Source: Tubulanus polymorphus (taxonomy: Eukaryota; Animalia; Nemertea). Taken from it: a DNA stretch of 64,000 nucleotides. The translations under genes and the position numbers were made by a program. The notes beneath the pieces were generated by a model. It did not search any database. It was not told where the DNA came from and worked only from the letters and a program-made list of their open reading frames with translations. Of the stretch, positions 50,565 through 62,200 are shown in pieces. Position 1 is the first letter of the stretch. Every line of letters begins with the position of its first letter. The stretch covers positions 9,060,655-9,124,654 of the forward strand of contig NC_134033.1 in NCBI RefSeq assembly GCF_964204645.1. Direction: 5' to 3'.

Positions 50565-52240
50565 GGGCCGGTTGCTCAAAGGTTGTTTAAGTCTTAAACA
50601 GTCGTTAAATTGCTAAACGAGTCGTTAAAAATTAAACAGTCGTTATTTCCGGTTGCTCAAAGATTTAACGGTCGGTTAAATCACTTAAACGACCGTTATA
50701 GTTAAACGGTCCAAGGTAGGTTGTTTATCTCACCTAACGACTCGTTAAATCAACAAAAATGGCCGACGACATAGGTTGCTTTCTTCCAAATTTTCAAAAT
50801 GAAAGACATTTTAGACATAATTTCGAGCAATATGGGGAATTCACTGATGATCAATTGCGGCAAAGATTCAGATTTGGTCGGCATGGTCTGGAATTCATCA
50901 AAAACCTAGTCGGAGACGATATGAACAGGGCAACTCACCGTAATCATTCAATTAGTGTTTCAAACCAGATTCTGATAGGACTCCGATTTCTCGCCTGCGG
51001 TTCATTCTTGGAAGTGGTTGGTGATGGTTTTGGTGTGCATAAGAGTACAGTTTCACGTATTGTACAGCGGTTCGTAAATAGTATTTGCGAACATGCCGAT
51101 GAATTCATTAAATGGCCGGGAGTCGACGATTTGAATGACCTGAAAAGAGGCTTTTTTGATCTGGCCGGATTTCCGAACGTTGTTGGTGCCGTCGACTGTA
51201 CGCACATTCGCATTCAGGCTCCAACAGAAAATGAGCCAGCTTTCGTCAACAGAAAGAGCTTTCATAGCATCAATGTTCAGGCAATATGTGATCACAAAGG
51301 TAAAATATCATTCCCAGTTAATGTTTTGTTTCTCCCGTAATTTATATAATTCCGGGTACTTGCGACTAGATGCAGCAAGCGACAGTTTTATCTCAGTCTT
51401 AGCATAACAGTAGAAGGCGCTACTATACAGTCCCTAATCTTCCCCGCTCCAATGCTGGTTCGAATCCCAAGATAGGTCTACCATTATGAAGCATACCCTA
51501 CTTATGTTTGTGTCAAACTTAACCCTCAGTCATTATACGTAAAAAATGTCTATTAGTAGGCCTATTGATCACGCTGTTTTTCTTCTTTCCAGCAAGATTT
51601 ACCAACATCATTGCAAAATGGCCTGGATCGACTCATGATAGTCATATATTCCGATCATCTCCAATCAGCAGGTATGAATGTCTCCGTCTCACTTGAACTA
51701 TGTGTTCGCCCTCCCTTGTCTCTGTAATTTATGAACTATAAAAATAACCTTTTCACAGAAATCAATTCTTGCATATTCTAAAGTGTTACGCTATTGGAAA
51801 AACCAGAAGGAAAATAATTTTCCCATGGCAGTCACTATAGGAAAGAAGAAGACAGGCCAGACTCACACTATTGTATAAACTCGCCAACGAACAAACTTTG
51901 GTTGATACGAGCACACGCCTGGTTCCACCTGTCCGTAAAACTAGAGAATCGCACTCGAAAGCTTTCCAAGTCAAGTTCTCCCGTACTGAAATCAAACGAC
52001 AATCCTTCTATACCAGAACAGTTAGGGATTGGAACGCTCTACCTGCAGATACTGTGTCAGCGGAGAGTATCGAAGCCTTTAAGACTCTTCTCTCCCACAC
52101 CGCTTAGCTTAAAAACTCTTTTCTTATTGAAGCTTAGAACCATTCACCATCTATAACTCACAACTTGATTTAGGGATGGCTGATTTTTTCTTTCCTAGAT
52201 ATTTGGAAGCACATCCAGAATATGATGGCATCATTTTAGA
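50565..52240 (+). mobile_element. Harbinger transposon (left end plus intron-containing transposase; 3-prime truncated)
   Basis: cag|gggccggttgctcaaa terminus; many ttaaacg/cgttaa subterminal repeats; exons 50759-51299, 51593-51671, 52199-52240. Confidence 0.85.
50759..52240 (+). pseudogene. Harbinger/HARBI1-family DDE transposase, spliced and truncated
   Basis: RFRF, LRFLACG, GFPNVVGAVDCTHI, NRKSFHSINVQAICD|[17 protein letters not shown]|RYLE...GIIL; breaks before GDSGY. Confidence 0.85.
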
Positions 52241-52672
52241 GTCAAACTCGGTTAAGTCGTCGTCCGGGGGACCGATACTGAAACGACGACTTATCCAAGT
52301 GATGAGTTAGGCCTATGTGATAATTTTTCAATGTTCCCCAAAACGATCAATGCAAGATCTACACCAGCATACGTCGGTTTTCTGTCCCGCTTGATTTGTC
52401 CTTTTCTCGCGTCAGGATTCTCAACTTTCCGGAAAATATTGTCCTGGCCTGCGTTTTTCAAAGCAGTGTTAAGTTATCCCTGTGATAAGACTATCCCAGT
52501 GTTAAATTTAACTATCCCGGTGATTGTTATCACAGGGATAACTTCTTGTTTTTCAAAAGCATTTTACCCCAGTGATAACTATCACCGGGATAAGAGCATT
52601 TATCCCAGTGATAACATAAAGAAAATGGCTGACATTTCAGCCTAATCTCTCACTTCAAGAACTAACATAACT

Positions 52673-53132
52673 TGTTCTTAATATAATCGTTTCGAGTCTG
52701 CCGCTTGATATTAAACTTCGTCGCTATATCGATCTTTTTCATACCCGGATTTTTTTCCACAAACTTTAAAATGTCATATTTCTCCTATTATGTTTTAGTC
52801 TGCAACTTTCTAGGAGCCATCTTTGTCGCGAATATATCATTCGGCGTATATGGTTGTATTTATGTTGTAGTTTTCATTCATGGTTGTTGTATCATATCAA
52901 TCCATATAATTCATGTGATAATCCCTTTTCAGTACTGTACAGGTTGTTTACTAGATTCTATCCAATAGTTGTACAGATTTGACACAATGTAATCTCAATA
53001 TCATTTATATGAACGTATGGGCAGAATAAATCAGTGCTGTTATAGATCTTTCAACGATAAGGAAGTCTCGTCGTTCGTAGTCGTTTTCTATCGGATCTAG
53101 GGAATTCTTTGGAGTCCTCGATAGTATGGACA
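52673..53132 (+). repeat. 5-prime LTR of the BEL/Pao element (5-prime boundary inferred)
   Basis: TG...CA; AATAAA at ~53025; followed by PBS tggtccctcgagc (tRNA-Tyr-like) at 53136. Confidence 0.65.
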
Positions 53133-56100
53133 TTTTGGTCCCTCGAGCAGCGGGATTTGTTTTCGGTTGCAAACAAAGTATTATTGGTTGTTTTGCGGTG
53201 ATTTCGACGACGATAATTCGACGAGAAACTTCAACTCGACGGTGAAAACTCGAAACTCCAACAAGCCGGTTGGGTGATATCTACTTGCGGTACAGCATTA
53301 ATCACGACGTCTGGAGTCCTGAAGTCAACTAAATCATGGCCACCGAGGAGAAAGAGATGAGACGGATTCAGCTCGGACAGTTCACAAAACTAAGAATCCA
53401 GTGCGAGAACCACATCAAAGATAACCAGGCTGTTCAGGGTACGTGTGTTTTAGCTACTCTTAAAAAGAAATTATCTCAATTGGAGCAACTTGACCTTGAA
53501 ATATATGCAAAGTGTGGTCTCGCGGGTTCAGCCTACGAGAATTTAATCGTCCAGTCAGATGACATTATAAATAGTCATCATATGAAACTTACGGAGATGG
53601 AGCTCGCATTAAATGAACTATCAATTCAATCTCGATTCGTTCCTTCCGAAACCGCTTCAGCGTCATTTACTTCTACTAGCAGTTTATCGTTACCGAAACT
53701 TCAAATACCAAAATTTGATGGCGATATATTGCATTGGCAATCCTTTTGGGATTTGTTTATTTCGGCTGTGGACAAACAAACAAAACTAAGTGAAATCGAA
53801 AAATTTAATCACCTTAAATGTTTGTTGATTAAAGATGCGTCGACAGTTATTGAAGGTCTTTCGTTGACATCAGAGAATTATAATTCCGATAAGTCGATGC
53901 TTGTAGCTAGATTCGGTCGACCACATAGGATCAGTGAGGCCTACTTAGATGCGTTGATTAACCTCGAAGCACCGTATTACGATTTACGTTCGCTTCGCAC
54001 GTTTTATGAGACGATTGAGCAGAAGATACGGAGCCTTGAAGCTCTGGGTATCGAAACTAATTCTTACGGAACATTGTTAGTGCAAATAATTCGAAATAAA
54101 CTTCCGAAAGAAATAATTTACAACATCAGCCGGGATCACGGTAATGGTAAATGGAATCTCTTTGAGTTAAGAGCTGCTTTATTACGTGAAGTAGAAATCC
54201 TCGAAACCTGCCAAGATTCATCAGATTTGAATTCAAATTTCACTACTACTCTACAGGTACAAGCGAGGAAGTTAGAGTGTCTTTTCTGCAAAGGGGAATA
54301 TCGGAACAACGACTGCACTGTCGTCAAGCAGCCTGATGCTAGATTAGGAATTGTGTTTAAATCACGTTTGTGTTTTAACTGCCTGGGGAAGCACCGTTCT
54401 AACAGTTGTAGGTCTAGTTTTCGTTGTAGAATTTGCCAATGTCGACACCATACTAGTTTATGTGGTGCGTCCATGTTTCAGTACCGTCAGAGTCAGAATC
54501 AAAATAACACTGACAGAAGTAAAACAACTTTTTCTAACGATGCTTCTTCCAAGAGTGACAATGTCAACGATAATCCTTCCGCAATGCCTGTCAACGATTT
54601 TCCTGCGTTGAATTCCAAGGCTGATAAACCAAAATTCAAACAACGCTCTCTTATGACAAACAGCGGCGGTGGGGCTAACGTTCTGTTAAAAACAGCGGTA
54701 GCGCGGGTGTGCTCGTCGTACAATGGATCGATCCGCTCAAATTTATTGTTTGACGATGGCTCGCAACGATCTTTTATTACAAAAGAATTGGTTGAGAAAT
54801 TATGTTTGAAGCCTCATAAGCAGGAATATTTAGATTTGTCGGGTTTCGGTGCTGCCACTGGGTTTAACAAGACAGTAGATATAGTTAGGGTTGACGTGAT
54901 ATGCAACGATAACACTCAGGTTCAGGTAGAAGCAGTCGTGGTTGGTGGTATGTACCCTTTATTACGAGACCTATGTCTGTTCATGGAATTGATCAAATTG
55001 ATGAGTTTAAATCTTTAGAGCTAGCTCATTCTCGTGAATTCTATTCAAATGCATTCAGCATTTCTATTTTGATAGGCGTTGATTTTTATTACCAGTTTGT
55101 ACTAGGGAACGACTTCGTGGTTTCGTCAATTGGTCCTATAGCTGTGCCTACAAAGTTGGGTTACCTAGTTTCCGGTCCACAAGCGGCTTACTGTTTGCAG
55201 GTGAACGCAGATTCAGTGGATGAAATTGGGCAAAACTCTATTAAGAAATTCTGGGATCTAGAATTAATTGGGATTAGACCACCAGAAACTGATCCGTATT
55301 TGGACTGGTATTGTGATAATTGTATCTCTTTTGATAACGGTATATATAATGCGCGATTACCATGGAAGTCTGAACACGGGCCTTTGCCTACCAATTACAA
55401 TGTCGCTAAAGCGCGCACTAGGTCCACAGCCAGGAAGTTATCTAAAACTCCAGGATTGTTAAAACAATACAATGATATCATAACCGAACAGTTATCACGC
55501 GATTTCATCGAGTTAGTTGATGATCCTGGAGTTTTAGTGTCTTCTGGTTGCGTTTCTAGGGAACATTACATTCCTCACCACGGCATTTTCAAACAATCTG
55601 CTACAACACCCTTGCGGATTGTGTTTGATTGTAGTTGCAGAGCGTCAAGGAATTCAAATTCTTTGAACGATTGTTTAGAGGCAGGAACACCTCTATTAAA
55701 TGATATAACCAGTATACTATTGCGATTCCGACTATTCAAGTATGGTATCATTACTGATATTGAGAAGGCATTTCTCCACGTAGGGCTTCATGTAGATGAT
55801 AGGGATGTTACACGTTTTTTCTGGCTCCGCGACCCATTAGATCCTGAGGGTGAATTCAATATTTATAGGTTTAAGCGGGTACTTTTTGGAGCAACTTGTA
55901 GTCCGTTCATGCTTAACAGCACCCTATTCTATCATCTACGATGTAATGATACTCCTCTCTCACAGCAGCTTCTACGCGATCTTTATGTAGATAATATCGT
56001 CACTAGCGTCGACAGCATTTCTGGTTGTGTTGATTTGTATTCGGCTTCTCGCACTCTTTTTGCGGGTGCGAACTTTAATCTACGCTGTTGGTCGTCGACT

Positions 56101-58584
56101 TGCTCAGATCTGCGTGAAGCTGCTGGGAGGTAGGCTGTTTTGGAACGGTCAAACAGTGTCAAAGTTTTGGGTATAAAGTGGGATGTCAACCATGACAGTC
56201 TTACACTGCTTTATGACAACCTTTCCAGTGTAGCACCTATTACTAAACGTTTGATTCTCAGTAATATTTCCAGTGTCTATGATCCGTTCGGTTTTCTTAC
56301 ACCAAGTACAGTTCAATCGAAAATTCTAATGCAAGACATTTGGAAACTTTCTGTGGATTGGGACGATAGTCTGTCCAGCGAACTTTGTAGTAGATGGAGT
56401 TCTGTAGTAAAAGATATGCGAGAAGCGTCTACATTTGAATTTCCGCGTCAACTAATTGATTCTGCCATGTTGGTTTCCGGCCAACCAGAACTTCACGTAT
56501 TTTGTGACAGTGGTTCACGGGCTTTCGGGGCAGTAACATATATCCGTTGCGTTGATCAATCCGCATTTTTGATGTCCAAATCTCGTGTGGCACCTATTAA
56601 GAAATTATCAATTCCTCAATTAGAATTGTGCGCTGCAGTGATAGGAGCACGTCTTGTATCTCACGTTGCAAAGTCACTTGAACCTGCGTTATGTCGGCCA
56701 TTGAATATTTTCGCCTGGTCCGATAGTCAGATTGTTTTAGGGTGGTTAGCAGGACGGTCGGGTAAAAAGGTATCCCAATTCGTAGAAAATCGAAGGTCAG
56801 AAATAAATCGTTTAATTGATATTGGTTGTTGGGGTTTTTGTCCATCTGAAGAAAACCATGCAGATCTTATTACACGTGGTGTGACTTGTGAAACACTTAA
56901 TCAATGTAGCACCTTCTGGTTTAAGGGACCGTCATGGCTGGTCGATGAAAACAATCGTCCTGTAGTAAGTAAGTGTGACGGAAATATCATGCACGTAAAC
57001 ACCAACCATGTCGAATCTAATGCTGTATCCTTTGATGTTTCAGAAGTTATTTCTGACTATGATGTTGGGAAGGTAGTAGATATAGAGACATACTCTTCCC
57101 TCACAGGACTTCTGCGGGTTACAGCATACGTATTACGGTTTGTACATAACCTCAAAACAAAATCGAGTTCACGGCATTTTGATGAATTATCATCATGCGA
57201 GATAGACCGCGCAAAGATCCTGTGGGTTAAGAGCTGTCAGAATTTATATTGTAAAGATATAATTCGGGTGTTATCTGGTACGTCTAAGAAACGATTTTCG
57301 GTAGTGAATCAACTACAATTATATTTGGACAAGGATGGAATAATCAGATGTAGAGGGCGTTTGAAAAATGCACCTTTTAGTTACGATTGTAAATATCCTA
57401 TGTTAATTCCGAAGTTAAGCAGATTCGCATATTTGGTAACACGAGACGCTCACTTTAACGTGGCTCATTTGGGTACAGATGCCACTATTGCCAAAATTAG
57501 AGAGACTTATTGGATACCTCAGTGTAGACAATATGTTAAATCTGCTATGCGTCGTTGTATCGTCTGTAGGAAATATCAGGGTAAACCATACCGTCTACCC
57601 GACCCCCCTCATTTACCTCATTGCCGAGTGGAGGAAGTGCCATCCTTTTATTATACTGGGGTCGATTATTTAGGGCCTATGATTTTGAAAGGTGGCGGGA
57701 AAGTGTGTATAGCCCTATTTACGTGCGCGGTTAGTCGTGCAATTCACCTTGAAGTTGTTTCGGATAACAGAAGTGAAACTTTTCTTTCTGCTTTCAGGAG
57801 GTTTGTTTCCAGACGCTCCCTGCCAAAGTTTATGTTGAGCGACAACGCCACTACGTTCGTTGGTGCCAATACACATTTACGGCAGATTTTCAAAAATGAG
57901 ATAGTTCGGCGTTATCTGTCCTCGCACAATGTGGACTGGAAATTCATTTCTCAGAGAGCTCCTTGGCAGGGAGGGTCCTGGGAGCGACTCGTAGGTATTA
58001 CAAAGGGTTGCATTAAAAAGATCCTAGGGCGTTCTTTTTTGACCTATGTTGAATTCGTAACTGTAGTTACAGAAATAGAGGCGATCTTGAATGATCGTCC
58101 ACTGATGTATATATCGAGCGATATAAACGATTTGGGTCCTTTGACTCCATCTCATTTAATGTGCGGGAGGCGCATCACCTCTCTACCGATAGGTGATGCT
58201 GATATTAATGACCCGGAATTTGTTGTCAATAGCCGTTCACTAAGTAACAGATACAATTTTATTGTGTCGTTAGTACGTCAGTTTTGGGAACGTTGGCGTA
58301 CAGAATATCTAACTGGTCTTAGGGAATTTCATAGGAATGTCGGTGATAACAGAGAAATAGTTAAAACGGGATCGGTAGTTTTGATACACGATGAGGGTCC
58401 TCGTACCAGCTGGCGTTTAGGTGTAATTGTTGAATTGTTCAGGGGACAGGATGGTCGTGTCCGGTCCTGCTCGTTGAGGACTGCTAGCGGAGTAACAAAC
58501 CGCCCTTTGTCAAAACTTTATCCTTTAGAATTACAGACAACTGAAAATGACGAAGATGCCCCTCCTTCTGTAACTGTAAGGGCA
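52673..58584 (+). mobile_element. BEL/Pao LTR retrotransposon, interrupted at its integrase tail
   Basis: gag (LPKLQIPKFDG, three Cys/His knuckles), protease LFDDGSQRSFI, RT DIEKAF/YVDN, RNase H HVFCDS/IPQLEL, integrase GVDYLGP/SDNAT/WERLV; frameshift ~54950; in-frame TAG at 56131. Confidence 0.95.
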
Positions 58585-58662
58585 AGAGTAATAGGGATAA
58601 TAGGCTTTCAAGCCAAAGGTCGAACGGTCGAGCAAATTAAAAAACAAAACAAAGTAATTTAA
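53336..58662 (+). pseudogene. BEL/Pao gag-pol polyprotein (ORFs 53336-55018, 54973-56133, 56140-58662)
   Basis: One frameshift and one in-frame stop; the last ~25 codons read into the inserted element. Confidence 0.92.
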
Positions 58663-58999
58663 AACTATAATATATTTTCATAACCGTGTGTATTTTATAT
58701 TATAACTAAATATTTATTCTAAGATATCAATAATTTAAAAAGCATATTGTATTAAATCAATTGGTCGCTCCACTTCGCTACCGCTCCGCTCCGCGACCAA
58801 TTGATTTATTTCATATAATCCAAATTACACAAATTCATATAATCAAATATATTTTAATAATAATAATAATTCTATTATTCAACTGAAATACACACGGTTA
58901 TGAAAATATATTATAGTTTTAAATTACTTTTAATATTTTTTATTAATGAACTCGACCATTCAACCTTTAACCTGAAAGCCTATTATCCCTATTACTCTT
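58584..58999. repeat. Terminal ~415-nt imperfect palindrome (hairpin)
   Basis: Stems 58584-58632/58951-58999, 58651-58695/58886-58930 and 58753-58768/58793-58808; 24-nt loop. Confidence 0.95.
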
Positions 59000-59207
59000 A
59001 AAATATTCATGTAAATGAATAACATTTAAAAGTGTAAGCTCTTATAGAATAGATATATAGATATATTTACAACATTATTTCAATATTTATATTTGTGTGA
59101 GTTAGATTTTTAAACATTAAAAGTGTTAGTAAAGTGTAATTGAAATAATGCATGATATAAATCATTGAACTTCTAAAATCAATTTTAATAAAAAATATAG
59201 TATTAAA

Positions 59208-62200
59208 ATGGAAGCAAATAAGTACTACTGCCCAACATGTAATATCGATATATATAAATCCCTAAGCAAGACACAATCAAACTAAAACACATTTAGAGAA
59301 TAAATTGAAACTAGAATATAAAGATGATATATTAGAAACTAAATTAGATGAATTAAAGAATGAAAAAGAAACATACAAATGTGATACATGTAATCAATCA
59401 TTCAGTGATAAAAGATATTATAAAGAACATTTAAAATCTAAAAGTCATATTAGAAATAAGAATAATGATATTTTAGGTGAAGATTATTTTGATAAAGATA
59501 ATGATAAGAAACAGAAGACAATTAAAAGCATAAAAAATAAATTAAACAATAAAATACCATACATGGAAGATGTAAGAAAATATATTAATTCATTGGATAA
59601 TAAAAAAGATATAGAGATAACCGAAGCATTCAAAAGTGATATTGGTCCAGCAGCTATCGAGTTTAAATTTCATGAAGGAAAAACATTAGAAGAAAATAAA
59701 AAACATTTAGAAAATATGAAAGAAATAATAAAAATAATAACTGATGTTGAATATCCTAAAATAAGTATTTCATCAAAAGTTAAATTCATAAAATCTGAAG
59801 ATAAACCAATATATAATATAAATTCTCATTCACAACATATTATTTCAAAACAACATATAGATGATAAATTAGATAAATGTTATAATGAAGTAAAAACTAA
59901 AATAGAAGAGAAATATTTTGAAGGATCTGGTTTAATATTTGACGAAATAATATTTATGACTTTACATGTTTATAACACAAAATATAATAAGTTAACTAAA
60001 TCAAAACCAATTGATGAAAATAATGTATCATATCATAAAGAACCAGATATTGAAGCATCGAGTTATATTAAACTACCATTTAAAACTAATGCTGTAATAA
60101 ATGTACAAAATGAAGATGATAAATGTTTTCTATGGGCTATAATAAGTTGTTTACATCCAGTTGAAGATTATAAACAACATAGTTTTAGATTAACTCATTA
60201 TAAACAATTTGAAAATAATTATAAGATAGATAAGTATCCTGTTATAATTAAAAACATCCCAAAAATAGAAAGAGATAATAATTTAAGAATAAATGTATTT
60301 GATTTAATCAAATTACCAAATACAAAAGGTAACAATATAAAACATTATACATTAGAACCTTTATACCTATCAAAAGATTATGATTCAAACGATGTTATAG
60401 ATATATTATATTATGAGAATCATTATATGTGGATCAAACAAATAGATTTATTCTTTAGAACAGAAAGTGATCACCATAATAAAATATATCTATGTAGAAA
60501 ATGTTTACATAGATTCAGTAATGAAAGTACATTATTAAATCATAAACAATTATGTGAAAATCATGATTATTGTAAATTAGTTTTACCAAATGAAAAGGAT
60601 AAAATATTAGAATTCAAAAAATATGATTACAAAAATAAAGTACCATTTGTAATATATGGAGATTTTGAATCATTAAATAAAGAACTAACTGATCAAGATA
60701 GAAAAGAAATATATTATAAAAGAAAGAAATTAAATTCTAATGAAAGTGATTATTCAGATGAACCACCAATAACAAATACAATTAAAAAGATTCATCAATC
60801 AGCTGCAGCTTTCGGGTTATATATTAAATCTGATTATCCAGAACTAATTGAAAGTGAATATTATAATTACAGAAATGAAAATGTTATCAATCATTTTTGT
60901 GACTTATTAATTGAATATGAAATAAGATTTAGTAAATTATTGAATACAAATATAGAAATTATAATGACAGAAGAAGATAAAGAAGAATTTGCGTTTGCAG
61001 ATAAATGTTATTATTGTGAAAAGATATTTAATTATAAAGATAAAAAAGTAAGAGACCATGATCATTTGAATGGAAAGTTTAGAGGCGCTGCACATGAGAA
61101 TTGTAACTTACAAGCTAAGAAAATTAACTTTATACCAGTTATATTTCATAATCTATCAGGATATGATGCACATTTATTTATCAAACAGCTATGTTATAAA
61201 ATAGAAGAAATCAATAATGAAATAGAAATATTAAATTCAAATAGATCAAAAGATAAAATACCAACTTATAAATTTAGAATGTTAGCTAAAACATCTGAGA
61301 ATTATATATCATTCCAATTTGGTTGTCTAAGATTTATAGATTCATATAGATTTTTAAGTAGTTCATTAGATAACTTATCAAAATCATTGGTTGATGATGA
61401 ATTAAAAATATTAAAGCAACACTACCCAAATAATGATGATTTTCAATTAATGAGATATAAAGGAGCAATTCCATATTCTTTCTATAAAAATCATAATGAT
61501 TTTAAAATAACTGAATTATTAAAAGAACAATTCTATGATGAATTAAAAAATGAATATGTTAAAGATGAAGTATATAATAGAACATTGAATATTTGGAATC
61601 ATTTCAAAATAGAAAATCATGGACAATTAGTAGATATATATTTAAAATCAGATGTATTATTATTAACCGATATATTCGAAAGGTTTAGAGATGTAAACCT
61701 AAAATATTTCAATATTGATCCTTGTCATTGTTATTCATCACCAGGATTAACATGGGATTGTGGATTAAAATTTACAGATATAAAAATGGATTTGTTAACA
61801 AATATAGATCAATTACTATTATTTGAAAAATCTATAAGAGGAGGTGTTTCAGGTGTATTGGGTGATAGATATTTCAATGTAAATGATAATCCTGGATATA
61901 AATTATTATACATAGATGCAAATAATCTTTATGGTTGGGCAATGATGGAACCACAACCTTATGGGATGTTTGAAATAACTGAAGTTTTACAAATTGATAA
62001 ATTTGATTGGAAGAAAAGAATCCTAGATATTGCAGATGATTCAGATATTGGTTACTTCTTCGTTGTAGATTTAGAATACCCTGAAAATATTAAATTCAAA
62101 TCTAGAAATCTAGCATATTGTCCCGAACATAAAACTGTTAAACATGAAGAATTATCAAATTATCAAAAAAGAATTAAACCTGATAATCATATTCATACTG

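Noticed and set aside
50759-51340. Domesticated host HARBI1 gene
   Set aside because: Preceded by a TIR-like end with subterminal repeats and truncated before the third catalytic region.
56131-56133. Programmed stop readthrough in BEL pol
   Set aside because: The TAG lies between RT and RNase H in an element that also has a frameshift; BEL elements normally have one continuous ORF, so decay is the simpler explanation.
58584-58999. Terminal palindrome as an independent MITE
   Set aside because: No duplicated target on its two flanks; it starts with the Polinton-type AG at the exact BEL breakpoint and matches the AT richness of the downstream element. Not fully excluded without the right end.
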